Source: Mycolicibacterium smegmatis
GTDB taxonomy: Bacteria > Actinomycetota > Actinomycetes > Mycobacteriales > Mycobacteriaceae
NCBI RefSeq assembly: GCF_001457595.1
Contig: NZ_LN831039.1
Location: forward strand, 2,370,001-2,402,000
Direction of reading: 5' to 3'
DNA length: 32,000 nucleotides
Under the pieces are notes generated by a model. It was given only the letters and a program-made list of their open reading frames with translations, had not been told where the DNA came from and did no database searches. Each line of letters begins with the position of its first letter. Position 1 is the first letter of the stretch. The position numbers were made by a program, and so were the translations under genes. Below are positions 1-9,412 of the stretch, piece by piece.

Positions 1-380
1 ACCCGCGAGATCTGCCCCACGTAGTCGTGACTGCGGAACGACCTCGCCGACAACATGATCGAGACGTCGCTGTCGAGTAACTGGACCCGCAACTCCGCTT
101 CGGTGAGGAACGTCGAGAACGGCACCACCACTGCGCCGACGCGGGCCACGGCCAACATGGCGACGACGAAATCAGCGCCGTTGGGGTACAGGACCCCGAC
201 GTGGGTGCCTTTGCCCGCGCCCAGCGCGATCAACGCGTCGGCGAGCCGCGCGGACCGATGTTCGGCGTCTGCGTAGGTGAGTCGCTCGTCGTCGCACACC
301 AGCAGTGTGTGGTCTCCGCGGTCGCGAAGACCCTCGAGGAGTTCGACCAGGGTCTCAGCCACCGGATTCGAGATGGTCAC
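1..380 (-). CDS. Acyl-CoA synthetase / AMP-dependent ligase, N-terminal part only (gene runs off the left edge)
   Basis: Absent from the ORF track because it has no stop in the window. Manual minus-strand translation from GTG 380 (alternative GTG 362) gives (M)TISNPVAETLVELLEGLRDRGDHTLLVCDDERLTYADAEHRSARLADALIALGAGKGTHVGVLYPNGADFVVAMLAVARVGAVVVPFSTF... This is the typical N-terminal region of FadD-type adenylating enzymes. The start overlaps the TGA (357..355) of the upstream ligase gene. Confidence 0.7.
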   Translation of the reverse strand, partial: MTISNPVAETLVELLEGLRDRGDHTLLVCDDERLTYADAEHRSARLADALIALGAGKGTHVGVLYPNGADFVVAMLAVARVGAVVVPFSTFLTEAELRVQLLDSDVSIMLSARSFRSHDYVGQISR

Positions 381-1806
381 GGACCGCGCGCAGGTCGGCC
401 TTGCCGGAGGGGGTGCGGGGGATCGCGTCGACGATCGTGATCCGGGTGGGGATCTCGTAGCGCGCCAGCCGGCCCTGCAGATACCCGGCAAGTTCGTCCG
501 GGGTGGCCGGTCCGCGCAATTCCACCATGGCCACCGGTGTTTCGCCCAGACGCTCGTCGGCCACGCCGATCACCGACGCGCCGAGGACGGCCGGATGACT
601 CTCCAGCGCCGCGCGGACGTCGTCCGGCATGACCTTGAACCCGCCACGGATGATCGCCTGATCGGCGCGCCCCAGGACCCAGAGGAACCCGTCGGCATCG
701 ATCCGCGCGAGGTCGGTGGTGCGCATCCATGGTGATCCCGGACCCATCTGCGCGGGAATCACCTCCAGCAGGCCCGGTTCGTCCGGACCGAGTGGTGCGC
801 CGTTCTCGTCGACCACCCGCAGTTGCGCACCGGGGTTGGCCCGTCCGACACTGCCGCGCTTGTCCTTCCAGTACTTCCCGTGGTCGGGCAGGGTCCAGCC
901 GGCGACACCGCCGCCGAATTCGGTGGCCGCATACGACGTCAGCACCGGGATGCCGAACTTCTCGGTGAACGCGTCGGCGTCGTCGGCCGACAACGGCGCG
1001 GTTCCCGAGGTCACGACCCGCACACCGGCGAGATCCTCACGGGTGAGGTCGGAATGCAGCACCGTGCGCAGGGCCGCGGGCACCAGGGACACCGCGCGCG
1101 GTCGGTGCTCGCGCACGGCTGCCGCCCACCGCTGCAGCTCGAACTTGGGCAGCAGGACGAAGGGTCTGGCCTCGGCGATGCACAGCAGCACCCGGAAGAC
1201 CCCGCCCACGTGCACCAGCGGTGAGTTCACGATCGCGACGCCGCGGCGCAACTCGGTTGGTGCGGGGCACTTCTCGGGCTCGCGGCCCATGACGCTGCGG
1301 GCCAGCATGTCGTAGGTGAGGTCGACCCGCTTGGGCGGGCCGGTGGTGCCGCTGGTGAGCATCCACACCGCCACCCCCGGCCCGCCCGCGTCCGTCGCTG
1401 GGGACTCGGCGGCCGTCACCACGGGTTCGGTGTCGAGACCGGCGATGGCGACCCGCGTGGTCCGGGGGCTGTGCGCAGGCATCAGATGGGCGAGGTCCTC
1501 GGCCAAGCCCACCACGACCGGCAACGCCAGCGCCTCGAGGTCGGCGCGGGTCCGGTCGTCCCCGCGTGCGGGGTTGATGACGACGACGGTGCCGCCCGCG
1601 GCCAGCACCCCCAGCAGCGCCGCGACGTGAACCGGGTGGTTGCGCAGCATGATGCCGACTCGCGCCGGTCCGGTGATCTTCTCGATGTGCCCGGCCAGTG
1701 CCGCGATCTGGCCCCAGCACGACCACTGGCCGTCGAACTGGATCGCGCCGGCGTCCGGATCGAGATCGAGCACATCGGCGATGCGCTGTGAAAGCGGGTG
1801 GGCCAT
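355..1806 (-). CDS. Acyl-CoA synthetase (AMP-dependent synthetase/ligase, FadD-like), 483 aa
   Basis: ORF 355..2016 trimmed to ATG 1806 (MAHPLSQRIADV...). This ATG forms an ATGA overlap with the stop of the upstream crotonase gene. Motifs: LTSGTTGPPKRV, GDLARIDADGFLWVLGRADQAIIRGGFKV, PRTPSGKADLRAV. Confidence 0.9.
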   Translation of the reverse strand: MAHPLSQRIADVLDLDPDAGAIQFDGQWSCWGQIAALAGHIEKITGPARVGIMLRNHPVHVAALLGVLAAGGTVVVINPARGDDRTRADLEALALPVVVGLAEDLAHLMPAHSPRTTRVAIAGLDTEPVVTAAESPATDAGGPGVAVWMLTSGTTGPPKRVDLTYDMLARSVMGREPEKCPAPTELRRGVAIVNSPLVHVGGVFRVLLCIAEARPFVLLPKFELQRWAAAVREHRPRAVSLVPAALRTVLHSDLTREDLAGVRVVTSGTAPLSADDADAFTEKFGIPVLTSYAATEFGGGVAGWTLPDHGKYWKDKRGSVGRANPGAQLRVVDENGAPLGPDEPGLLEVIPAQMGPGSPWMRTTDLARIDADGFLWVLGRADQAIIRGGFKVMPDDVRAALESHPAVLGASVIGVADERLGETPVAMVELRGPATPDELAGYLQGRLARYEIPTRITIVDAIPRTPSGKADLRAVRDHLESGG

Positions 1807-2588
1807 CACCTGATCCGCGGAGGTGTCTTGGGGACGGGACGGTCGGCCAGTTCGGCCTTCGCGATCGGGTTGCCCAGGCGCGTGTAGATCAGGCCCTGGT
1901 CCATCGCGGCCCGGTAGGGCCGGTCCAGCGATTCCCAGATCGCCCTCACCGTGCCCTGTGTGGCGGTCGGGGGTTTGGTCGCGATGGTCGACGCGATCTG
2001 GTGCGCACGCGCCCACAATTGTTCGCGGGGCACCACCTCGGTCACCAGACCGATACGCAGCGCCGTGTCCGCGCTCACGCGTTCGTCGTTGCCCATCAAC
2101 GCCATTCGCAACGTGTCACCGAGGCCGACGCGCCGCATCAACCCGACCGGCTCGAGCGCGGACACCAGTCCCGCGCTGACATGGGAGTCGAAGAACGTGG
2201 CGTCCGACGAGCAGATCACGACGTCGGACTCGTTGACGAAGTACAGCGCGCCCGCCGTGCACATGCCGTGCACCGCACACACCACGGGCTTCCACATCTT
2301 CTGCCATTTGGGGCTGAGCAGCTCACCGGGATCCTCGTGGTTCCACACGATCTCGGGCTGACCGTACCTGGACTTGACGTCGAGGCCCGCGCTGAACGCA
2401 CGGTCGCCCGCGGCGCGCAGCACCACCGCGTTGATCTGCTCGTCCCCCTTGATCACGTGCCAGATCTGCCGCATCTCCTCGCACATGGTGCGGTTGAACG
2501 AGTTCAGGCTCTCGGGCCGGTTCAGCGTCACGGTGGCGACCCGGACCTCGTGGTCCAGGTCGAGCAGCACCGTCTCGTATTCGGTCAT
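1806..2588 (-). CDS. Crotonase-fold protein (enoyl-CoA hydratase/isomerase family), non-canonical active site
   Basis: ORF 1806..2594 starts at a GTG. The in-frame ATG at 2588 overlaps the TGA of the upstream gene (ATGA). Sequence MTEYETVLLDLDHEVRVATVTLNRPESLNSF...AFSAGLDVK shows the crotonase fingerprint. The catalytic positions read TAGALY and FFDSHVSAGL. Confidence 0.9.
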   Translation of the reverse strand: MTEYETVLLDLDHEVRVATVTLNRPESLNSFNRTMCEEMRQIWHVIKGDEQINAVVLRAAGDRAFSAGLDVKSRYGQPEIVWNHEDPGELLSPKWQKMWKPVVCAVHGMCTAGALYFVNESDVVICSSDATFFDSHVSAGLVSALEPVGLMRRVGLGDTLRMALMGNDERVSADTALRIGLVTEVVPREQLWARAHQIASTIATKPPTATQGTVRAIWESLDRPYRAAMDQGLIYTRLGNPIAKAELADRPVPKTPPRIR

Positions 2589-3391
2589 CTGCACTTCCAG
2601 ACGGGCTTACGCTTCTCCACGAACGCCAACGGCCCTTCGAGGGCATCCTCGGTGCGCACCACACGCTCGCGGAACGTCTCGGCGAGGATCTCGCCGTCGT
2701 GCAGCGGCAGATCCAGGGTCTTGTGGATGGCCAACCGGGTTCCCCGGACCGCCAGCGGCGCATTGGAGTTCACGATGTCGGCGATCTCGTGGGCGCGTTG
2801 CAGCAGGTTGTCGTGTTCGACGATCTCGGTGATCAGTCCGAGTTCGTAGGCACGCTCGACGGTCATGCGTTCGTGCTTACCCATCAACGCCATCCGCAGC
2901 GCCACCGAGCGCGGCAGCGCCCTGGCCAACCGCACCATCTCGCGCGCGGCGACCAGGCCGATGCTCACATGCGGATCGAAGAACGTCGCCTTGTCCGAGG
3001 CGATGACGATGTCGCCCGTGGTGACCCAGTCCAGTCCCGCGCCGCAGCAGATCCCGTTGATCGCCACGATGACCGGTTTGGCCATGGTGCGGAACGGGGG
3101 AGTGCCCTCCTGCGGGGCCTCCCACTGATCATAGGTGGACAGGTACGGCCGCTCGTAGATGACCTTGCCGTCCTCGGGGATCTCCTTGACGTCGGCGCCT
3201 GTGCAGAACGCGCGGCCCGTGCCGGTCACGACCGTCAGCCAGATGTCGTCATCGCTCTCGGCCTCGGCATACGCGGCGCGCAGTTCGCCGATCATGTGCG
3301 GCGACAGCGCGTTGAGAGCCTCGGGCCGGTTCAGCGTGATCGTCGCCGTGTGCCCGTTGACCTCGTACTTGATGGTGTCGTAGGTCGTCAT
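2585..3391 (-). CDS. Crotonase-fold protein (enoyl-CoA hydratase/isomerase family), non-canonical active site
   Basis: ATG at 3391. MTTYDTIKYEVNGHTATITLNRPEALNAL...GRAFCTGADVKE. The catalytic positions read GAGLDW and FFDPHVSIGL. The stop overlaps the start of the next gene. Confidence 0.9.
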   Translation of the reverse strand: MTTYDTIKYEVNGHTATITLNRPEALNALSPHMIGELRAAYAEAESDDDIWLTVVTGTGRAFCTGADVKEIPEDGKVIYERPYLSTYDQWEAPQEGTPPFRTMAKPVIVAINGICCGAGLDWVTTGDIVIASDKATFFDPHVSIGLVAAREMVRLARALPRSVALRMALMGKHERMTVERAYELGLITEIVEHDNLLQRAHEIADIVNSNAPLAVRGTRLAIHKTLDLPLHDGEILAETFRERVVRTEDALEGPLAFVEKRKPVWKCR

Positions 3392-3411
3392 GATGGAAGG
3401 GAGGTTCCTTT

Positions 3412-4233
3412 CTAACGGCCCTGGAAGTCCGGATCACGCCGCTCGCGGAACGCCGCCAGGCCCTCCTTGAAATCGTGGGTGCGGCAGGACAGTTCGAGGT
3501 TGGACAGCTCCTGGTTCATGGACTGGATCAACGTGGCGTGCTGCCCGAACGCGATGGCCTGCTTGGCCAGCCCGATCGCGACCGTCGGACCCGACGCCAA
3601 CCGGTCGATGAGATCCTCGGCCGCGGTCTCGAGCTCGGCCGCGGGTACCGCGCCGTGGATCAGACCCCAGTCGGCGGCCTCGGTTCCGCTCACCTTCTCA
3701 CCGAGCAGCAGCATCTGCTTGGCCCGGGTCAGTCCGGCGAGGCGGGGGAGCAACCACGTCGCCCCGGAGTCCGGGCTGAACCCGCGGCTCAGGAACGGTT
3801 CCCAGAACGTGGCGTCGGCGTCGGCGACCGTGAAATCGGCCGCCAGGGCGAGGTTGCAACCGAGACCGACGGCCCAGCCGCGCACCGTGCACACGACCGG
3901 CAGTTGGATCGTCGCGACGAGTTCGACGATGCGGTGCGCGGCATGCGGGACGCGCCGAACCAGATCGCCCGTGCGGGGCCGATGGCCCGAACTGTTGGTG
4001 GCCACCCAGTCCGAGCCGGTGCAGAAGTGCTCGCCCGCGCCGCTGAGCGACACGGCCCGCAGCGAGTCGTCGCTCGCCGCCGCGGTCAGGGTTGTCACGA
4101 GTTCGCTGACCATGGTGTGGTCCAACGAGTTCCGCCGTGAGGGTCGATCCAGCACGATGCGCAGCACGGCGCCATCGCGGGTTACGGTCACCGAACCGTC
4201 GCTCACCAGCAGACCAGGCCTTTCCAGAGCCAT
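3412..4233 (-). CDS. Crotonase-fold protein, isomerase-like (PaaG-like PD.G segment)
   Basis: ORF 3412..4386 trimmed to ATG 4233 (MALERPGLLVSDGSVTVTRDGAVLRIVLDRPSRRNSL...). The upstream extension is AT-rich at third codon positions and contains the operator-like motif. An alternative ATG lies at 4245. Motifs: GLGCNLALAAD, FWEPFLSRGFSPDSGATW. Confidence 0.85.
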   Translation of the reverse strand: MALERPGLLVSDGSVTVTRDGAVLRIVLDRPSRRNSLDHTMVSELVTTLTAAASDDSLRAVSLSGAGEHFCTGSDWVATNSSGHRPRTGDLVRRVPHAAHRIVELVATIQLPVVCTVRGWAVGLGCNLALAADFTVADADATFWEPFLSRGFSPDSGATWLLPRLAGLTRAKQMLLLGEKVSGTEAADWGLIHGAVPAAELETAAEDLIDRLASGPTVAIGLAKQAIAFGQHATLIQSMNQELSNLELSCRTHDFKEGLAAFRERRDPDFQGR

Positions 4234-4251
4234 ACAGTTGCTCATACAGTA
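4233..4251. promoter_or_regulatory. Candidate TetR operator (weakest copy of the 19-bp palindrome)
   Basis: TACAGTTG-CTC-ATACAGTA, 12/16 to TACYGTAA-N3-TTACRGTA. It abuts or overlaps the start codon of 3412..4233, in the divergent region with 4504..5388. Confidence 0.45.
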
Positions 4252-4503
4252 GGCGATGCGGTTACTATCCTGTACAAGATAGCCAAAAAAGACCTCCGGC
4301 GGAACAGCGCCCGGAAGCGGGGTGCAGATGTCGCGTATCTGCGCCGGCATGTGCGCCGCACGTGGCGACCGGGCCGCCGAGGCCATGCCCTATCAGCAGG
4401 CCGAGATCGACCGGCAGAAGCACGGTTCGACGATGCCGCGCAGTACGTACCCAACGCGCCGGCGGTGGGAATCGACAAATCATTGAAGCGAGGTTGATGT
4501 CGA

Positions 4504-5388
4504 ATGACTGATGACAGGGTGCTGTTCGAGGTCGACGACGACCACCGCATAGCCACCATCACGCTCAACAATCCGAAGCAACGCAACTCGTATGACGCCG
4601 CGATGCGGGATCAACTGGCACGCTACCTCGACATCGTCGCCGAGGACGACGATCTGACCGTGGTGCTGCTGCGCGGGGCCGAAGGCGTGTTCAGTACCGG
4701 GGCGGACATGAACAACGCCTACGGGTGGTATGGCTCGAAGGCTGAGAACGGCAAAGCCGAACAAGAACAACCTAAGTCGCGGCCCAGTCAGCGCCGCAGG
4801 CTCACCGTCGACCGCAAGACGTTCGGCTTCTACCACAACTTCATGGGCTTCCCGAAGGTCACCGTGGGGGAGATCAGCGGTTTCGCGCTGGGCGGCGGTT
4901 TCGAGATGGCGCTGATGACCGACATCTCGGTGATCGCGCGCGACACCCGCATCGGCATGCCCGCCACACGCTTCCTGGGGCCTGCGCTGGGCAGTCTGCA
5001 CATGTTCTTCCACCGATTGGGGCCTGTGCTGGCGCGCCGGCTGCTGCTCACCGGCGACGTCATCGAGGCAGGCGCGATCGAGCACCTCGGCATCTTCACC
5101 GAGACGTGCGACGGTTCGCAGGTCGCCGCCCGTGCGCGGTACTGGGCGCAGAAGGCGGCAAAGATGCCCGCTGACGGTGTCGTGATCGCCAAGGAGGCGT
5201 TCCGACTGGTTGAGCAGAGTCAGGCGTATCAGGGCGAAGAGGTCGCCAGCTACCTGTTCCACGCGTACGGCACCAACCTGCAGTTCGCGCCGGGCGAGTT
5301 CAACTTCGTCAAAACCCGCGCCCAGCACGGCACCAAGGAGGCGTTTCGACTGCGTGACCAGCATTTTCATGTGCCGGAACCACAGTGA
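4504..5388 (+). CDS. Crotonase-fold protein (enoyl-CoA hydratase/isomerase family) with a charged insertion after the oxyanion loop
   Basis: ATG 4504 with GAGG upstream. MTDDRVLFEVDDDHRIATITLNNPKQRNSYD...GVFSTGADMNNAYGWYGSKAENGKAEQEQPKSRPSQRRRL...GFALGGGFEMALMTD. It has the first catalytic Glu only (IGMPATRFLG at the second position). Confidence 0.9.
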   Translation: MTDDRVLFEVDDDHRIATITLNNPKQRNSYDAAMRDQLARYLDIVAEDDDLTVVLLRGAEGVFSTGADMNNAYGWYGSKAENGKAEQEQPKSRPSQRRRLTVDRKTFGFYHNFMGFPKVTVGEISGFALGGGFEMALMTDISVIARDTRIGMPATRFLGPALGSLHMFFHRLGPVLARRLLLTGDVIEAGAIEHLGIFTETCDGSQVAARARYWAQKAAKMPADGVVIAKEAFRLVEQSQAYQGEEVASYLFHAYGTNLQFAPGEFNFVKTRAQHGTKEAFRLRDQHFHVPEPQ

Positions 5389-5441
5389 GCCCGTGAGCTG
5401 CTAACGTTACATCAGTACTCGATATCGTAAAGGTGAAAATC

Positions 5442-6617
5442 ATGCCCAAACCCGTCATCGTCGGTGCCGCCCGCACGGCCATCGGGCGGTCCTTCAAAGG
5501 AACTCTGGTCAACACCCCGCCGGAGACGCTGATCACCACGGTGCTGCCGGAGATCGTGCGGCGCTCAGGCGTCGACCCGGCCGACATCGATGACATCATC
5601 TTCGCCGAGTCCCATTACGGCGGAGGCGATCTCGCCCGCTATGCGGCCGACGCGACGGGTCTGCAGCACGTGCCGGGACAGTCGGTCAACCGGCACTGCG
5701 CGGGCAGCCTCACCGCGATCGGCAACGCCGCCGCGCAGATCGGGTCGGGTATGGAACGTGTGCTCATCGCCGGCGGCGTGCAGTCGTTGTCGATGACCCC
5801 GCTGGTGAACTGGCGCATTCCCGGGCCAGAGCTGAAGTTCGAAGAGCGCTGGATGCCGCCGACGCACGTCGAGACACCGGACGCGCCGACCAAGGACATG
5901 TCGATCACGGTCGGCTGGAACACCGCGCAGGCCGCAGGCATCAGCCGTGAGGAGATGGACGCGTGGGCGGCCCGGTCGCATCAGCGCGCGATCGCGGCGA
6001 TCGACGCGGGCAAGTTCCTCGACGAAATCGTGCCGCTCAAGGTCACCCAGTTCGACGGTTCGGTGATCGACTTCAGCGTCGACGAGCACCCCCGCCGCGA
6101 CACGACCGTCGAGAAGCTCGCGGGCCTGAAGGTTCTGCATCCCGAAATCGAGGGCTTCTCGATCACGGCGGGCAACAGCAGCGGTACCAACGACGCCGCG
6201 GCGGGCGTCGCGGTGGTCGACAGCGAGTATGCCGCCGCCAACGGCCTGAACGTCATGGCCACCGTGAGGGCATGGGGCGCCGTCGGTGTCCCGCCGCGCG
6301 ACACCGGTCTGGGCGGCGTCAGGGTGATCGGCAAGGTGCTGGACCGCGCGGGGCTCAAGCCGTCGGACGTCGCGCTGTGGGAGATCAACGAGGCGTTCGC
6401 ATCCGTGCCGATCGCGGCGTGCAAGGAGTACGGCCTCGACGAGGAACTGGTGAACTTCAACGGCAGCGGCTGCAGCCTGGGGCATCCGATCGCGGCGTCG
6501 GGCGCGCGCATGGTCACGACCCTGGTCTACGAACTGCAGCGCCGCGGCGGCGGCATCGGCGTCGCCGCGATGTGTGCCGGCGGCGGGCAGGGCGGCGCGG
6601 TCGTCATCGAGGTCTAA
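5442..6617 (+). CDS. Acetyl-CoA C-acyltransferase (classical thiolase)
   Basis: ORF 5433..6617 starts at a GTG. ATG 5442 has the AAAGGTG Shine-Dalgarno 6 nt upstream. MPKPVIVGAARTAIGRSFKG..., NRHCAGSLTAIG (nucleophile Cys), NEAFASV, GCSLGHPIAASGARM, CAGGGQG. Confidence 0.93.
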   Translation: MPKPVIVGAARTAIGRSFKGTLVNTPPETLITTVLPEIVRRSGVDPADIDDIIFAESHYGGGDLARYAADATGLQHVPGQSVNRHCAGSLTAIGNAAAQIGSGMERVLIAGGVQSLSMTPLVNWRIPGPELKFEERWMPPTHVETPDAPTKDMSITVGWNTAQAAGISREEMDAWAARSHQRAIAAIDAGKFLDEIVPLKVTQFDGSVIDFSVDEHPRRDTTVEKLAGLKVLHPEIEGFSITAGNSSGTNDAAAGVAVVDSEYAAANGLNVMATVRAWGAVGVPPRDTGLGGVRVIGKVLDRAGLKPSDVALWEINEAFASVPIAACKEYGLDEELVNFNGSGCSLGHPIAASGARMVTTLVYELQRRGGGIGVAAMCAGGGQGGAVVIEV

Positions 6618-6627
6618 CGGACATGGC

Positions 6628-6670
6628 TCTGTGTTCCCGGCAGCATGTCGCCCGCGACCGGGGACACAGA
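6628..6670. terminator. Stem-loop between convergent genes (possible bidirectional terminator)
   Basis: TCTGTGTTCCCGG (6628..6640) pairs with CCGGGGACACAGA (6658..6670), 12/13 plus one G-T, with a 17-nt loop. It lies in the 64-bp gap between the thiolase stop (6617) and the TetR-1 stop (6682). There is no clear U-tract. Confidence 0.4.
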
Positions 6671-6681
6671 TCCGCAGATCG

Positions 6682-7434
6682 TCAGCCCGCGGTGACTTTC
6701 CGGCGCGTCTTCTTGGCCGGCTTCTCCTCGATCAGCCGCGCGGCATGGTCGAGGATGCACTTCAGCCCGTACTCGAAGTTCTGCTCGTCGGCCGCACCGA
6801 TGCGATGTCCCTCGCTGGTGACCTGCGCCAGCAGCGGCGTGGTCTCCGGGTCGATCACCATGGCCTCTTCGAAGTCCCCGGGCGCGTTGTCGTTGGCGCG
6901 GTTTTTCTCGTAGAGCCGGTGCAGGACAACCGATCCGCGGACGTGGACCGACACGGCCGAGTAGGTGTCGAACGCGTCCTCGACCGACAGCCCCGCCTCT
7001 ACCAGTCCGGCGATCGCGGACTCGACCTCCTGTACGCCGACGCGCGCGGCGCGCGGGCTCAGCGCCGAGCGGATCAGGATGAGGTCACACAGGATGGGGT
7101 TGCCCATGAAGGCTTTCCGCATGGTGCGCGCGTGGTTGGCCAGCGATTCGCGCCAGTCCTTGGCCTCCACGTAGGGGGTGGCGACGACGAATTCGCGCAG
7201 CGCGCGATCGGTCATCGCGTTGAGCAGATCATCCTTTTTGCGGAAGTACCAGTAGATGCTTGTGACGCCGACGCCGAGATGCTTGCCCAGCAGGGGCATG
7301 CTCAGATTGTCGATCGAAACCTTTTCGGCCAGTTCGAAAGCGCCCTTGATGATGTCTTCGGGATTGATGGAACCGCGTTCGCGCCGTTGGCGTTTCTCAG
7401 CGGCCGGTTGCTTTGCCACAGCGGGCACCTCCAT
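6682..7434 (-). CDS. TetR-family transcriptional regulator (TetR-1)
   Basis: The first codon of ORF 6682..7437 is TTG and the next is ATG 7434. The N-terminal HTH is GAFELAEKVSIDNLSMPLLGKHLGVGVTSIYWYFRKKDDLL. It is a clear paralogue of 22751..23491. Confidence 0.9.
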   Translation of the reverse strand: MEVPAVAKQPAAEKRQRRERGSINPEDIIKGAFELAEKVSIDNLSMPLLGKHLGVGVTSIYWYFRKKDDLLNAMTDRALREFVVATPYVEAKDWRESLANHARTMRKAFMGNPILCDLILIRSALSPRAARVGVQEVESAIAGLVEAGLSVEDAFDTYSAVSVHVRGSVVLHRLYEKNRANDNAPGDFEEAMVIDPETTPLLAQVTSEGHRIGAADEQNFEYGLKCILDHAARLIEEKPAKKTRRKVTAG

Positions 7435-7633
7435 CAAAATCCATACCGCTCATGTCGTCGGCGCGCGGCCGGTCGATGGCGCCGAGTATGCCGTCGGCCG
7501 ACGCCTGAACTGCGCCGATGCATGCGCGTCGTCGGGTAACAACACCGTCAACCTTACCGGTAGGCATCCTGTGATCCGCTCTCCACCGGCGTCCGGCCTG
7601 TCGTTCACAGCGGTCGGCGCCGAATCACCGGAT

Positions 7634-7652
7634 TACCGTAATCCCTATAGTA
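7634..7652. promoter_or_regulatory. Candidate TetR operator
   Basis: TACCGTAA-TCC-CTATAGTA (14/16), embedded in the palindrome GGATTACCGTAATCC. It lies between TetR-1 (start 7434) and the hydratase operon (start 7705). Confidence 0.6.
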
Positions 7653-7704
7653 GGCTTTTCCGGGTCAATGTCGGTGAGCTCGCCCACGAGCTGAAGGGGC
7701 AAGG

Positions 7705-8469
7705 GTGTCAGAAGAAGTAGTCCTGAGGGAGCGTCGTGATCGGACGCTCATCATCACGATCAACCGGCCGGAAGCGCGCAATGCGTTCAATCTCGCGGTG
7801 GCCAAGGGGCTTGCCGAGGCGGTCGACGAACTCGACGACACCCAAGAGCTTTCCGTGGGCATCATCACCGGTGCGGGTGGCACCTTCTGTGCCGGTATGG
7901 ATCTCAAGGGTTTCGCCTCCGGTGAGCTGCCGCACGTGCCGGGCCGCGGAATCGGCTTCACCGAGAAGCCGCCCCGCAAACCGCTCATCGCCGCGGTGGA
8001 AGGCTACGCGCTGGCGGGAGGCACCGAGATCGTGCTGGCCACCGACCTCGTCGTGGCGAGCAGGACCGCGAAGTTCGGCATCCCCGAGGTGAAGCGCGGA
8101 CTGGTCGCCGCGGGCGGCGGTCTGCTGCGGCTGCCCAAGCGCATCCCGTACCAGAAGGCGCTCGAGCTCGCGCTGACCGGTGACAACTTCACCGCCGAGG
8201 AGGCTGCCGCCTGGGGCTTCGTCAACAAGCTGACCGAGCCAGGAGAGGCGCTGGCCGGTGCCCTCGAGCTCGCCGAGCGCATCACCGCCAACGGCCCACT
8301 GGCCGTCGCGGTCACCAAGGAGGTGATCGTCAAGTCGGCCGAGTGGTCGGAGGCCGAGATGTGGAAGAAACAGGGTGAGTTGATCGGGCCGGTCTTCTCG
8401 TCGAAGGACGCGATCGAAGGCGCCACTGCGTTCGCCGAGAAACGCAAACCCAACTGGACAGGTTCCTGA
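7705..8469 (+). CDS. Enoyl-CoA hydratase (the only crotonase here with both canonical catalytic Glu)
   Basis: GTG 7705 preceded by GAAGGGG. MSEEVVLRERRDRTLIITINRPEARNAF...GGTFCAGMDLK, KPLIAAVEGYALAGGTEIVLATD, FGIPEVKRGL. Confidence 0.9.
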   Translation: MSEEVVLRERRDRTLIITINRPEARNAFNLAVAKGLAEAVDELDDTQELSVGIITGAGGTFCAGMDLKGFASGELPHVPGRGIGFTEKPPRKPLIAAVEGYALAGGTEIVLATDLVVASRTAKFGIPEVKRGLVAAGGGLLRLPKRIPYQKALELALTGDNFTAEEAAAWGFVNKLTEPGEALAGALELAERITANGPLAVAVTKEVIVKSAEWSEAEMWKKQGELIGPVFSSKDAIEGATAFAEKRKPNWTGS

Positions 8470-8478
8470 CCCACCGCG

Positions 8479-9276
8479 ATGGATCTCGGGTTCGGAGGCG
8501 CGGCCGCCGCAGTCGTCGGTGGTGGCCGCGGTATGGGATTCGCGACGGCGCAATGCCTGGCCGATGACGGTGCCCGCGTCGCCGTCATCGGGCGGTCGAA
8601 AGACGTCCTGGAGACCGCGGCATCGGATCTCGCGCGCCGCGGCAGCCCTGACGCCATCGCGATCGTCGCCGACACCGGTGATGCCGAGCAAGTCGAGCGC
8701 GCGTTCGCCGAGATCGGTGAACGGTGGGACGGCGAGCTCAACGTCCTGATCAACACCGTCGGCCCCGGCGCCGCAGGCGATTTCGAGGAGCTCACCGACG
8801 GGCAGTGGCAGGAGGCGTTCGACGCGGGCGTGATGGGCATGGTGCGGTGCGTCCGGGCCGCACTGCCGCTGCTGCGCAAGGCCGAGTGGGCGCGCATCGT
8901 CAACTTCTCAGCGCACTCCACGCAGCGGCAGAGCACCAGACTGCCCGCCTACACGGCCGCCAAGGCCGCGGTGAACAGCGTCTCGAAGAACCTGTCCCTG
9001 CTGCTGGCCAAGGACGAGATCATGGTGAACGTCGTCTCGCCGGGCAGCATCTCGTCGGAGGCGTTGGTGGGCTGGGCGGAATCGGTCGGCGTGGACGGCA
9101 GCGATCCGTACCAGTTGATGGCGGCCATCGACGAGCACTTCGGGCATCCCGCGCATCTGCCGCGTGCCGGTCTCCCGAGTGAGATCGGGCCGGTGGCAGC
9201 GTTTCTGGCGTCCAGGCGCAACTCGTACATGACCGGTGCGAACATCAACGTCGACGGCGGCAGTGACTTCACCTGA
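8479..9276 (+). CDS. Short-chain dehydrogenase/reductase (SDR)
   Basis: ATG 8479. Glycine-rich cofactor loop VVGGGRGMGFATAQCLADDGARVAVIGR. Catalytic YTAAKAAV (YxxxK). It starts 9 nt after the preceding hydratase. Confidence 0.88.
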   Translation: MDLGFGGAAAAVVGGGRGMGFATAQCLADDGARVAVIGRSKDVLETAASDLARRGSPDAIAIVADTGDAEQVERAFAEIGERWDGELNVLINTVGPGAAGDFEELTDGQWQEAFDAGVMGMVRCVRAALPLLRKAEWARIVNFSAHSTQRQSTRLPAYTAAKAAVNSVSKNLSLLLAKDEIMVNVVSPGSISSEALVGWAESVGVDGSDPYQLMAAIDEHFGHPAHLPRAGLPSEIGPVAAFLASRRNSYMTGANINVDGGSDFT

Positions 9277-9349
9277 AGAGCACGTCGTAGCAGGTCAAGG
9301 CCAGTTCACGGCCCCGTGTCGACATGGTCCGGAGGCTTGCGGAATGCTC

Positions 9350-9368
9350 TACCGATAGGTATACAGTA
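9350..9368. promoter_or_regulatory. Candidate TetR operator / internal promoter
   Basis: TACCGATA-GGT-ATACAGTA (13/16). It lies in the 136-bp gap between the SDR (stop 9276) and the crotonase at 9413. Confidence 0.55.
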
Positions 9369-9412
9369 TCTATGCCCGAACGGCCTTCGCAGCGTCAGGG
9401 GGTACCCGCACG

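Noticed and set aside
5423-5441. TATCGTAA-AGG-TGAAAATC upstream of the thiolase gene, as a ninth operator copy.
   Set aside because: Only the left half matches (7/8). The right half scores 4/8 and overlaps the Shine-Dalgarno and start region. It may be a half-site or chance.
7492-7561. The GC-rich 12-bp palindrome CGTCGGCCGACG (7492..7503) and the TTACCGGTA palindrome (7553..7561) upstream of TetR-1.
   Set aside because: Short GC palindromes are common in this composition. TTACCGGTA resembles fused half-sites, but it occurs once and lacks the 3-bp spacer geometry, so that is not enough to call a site.
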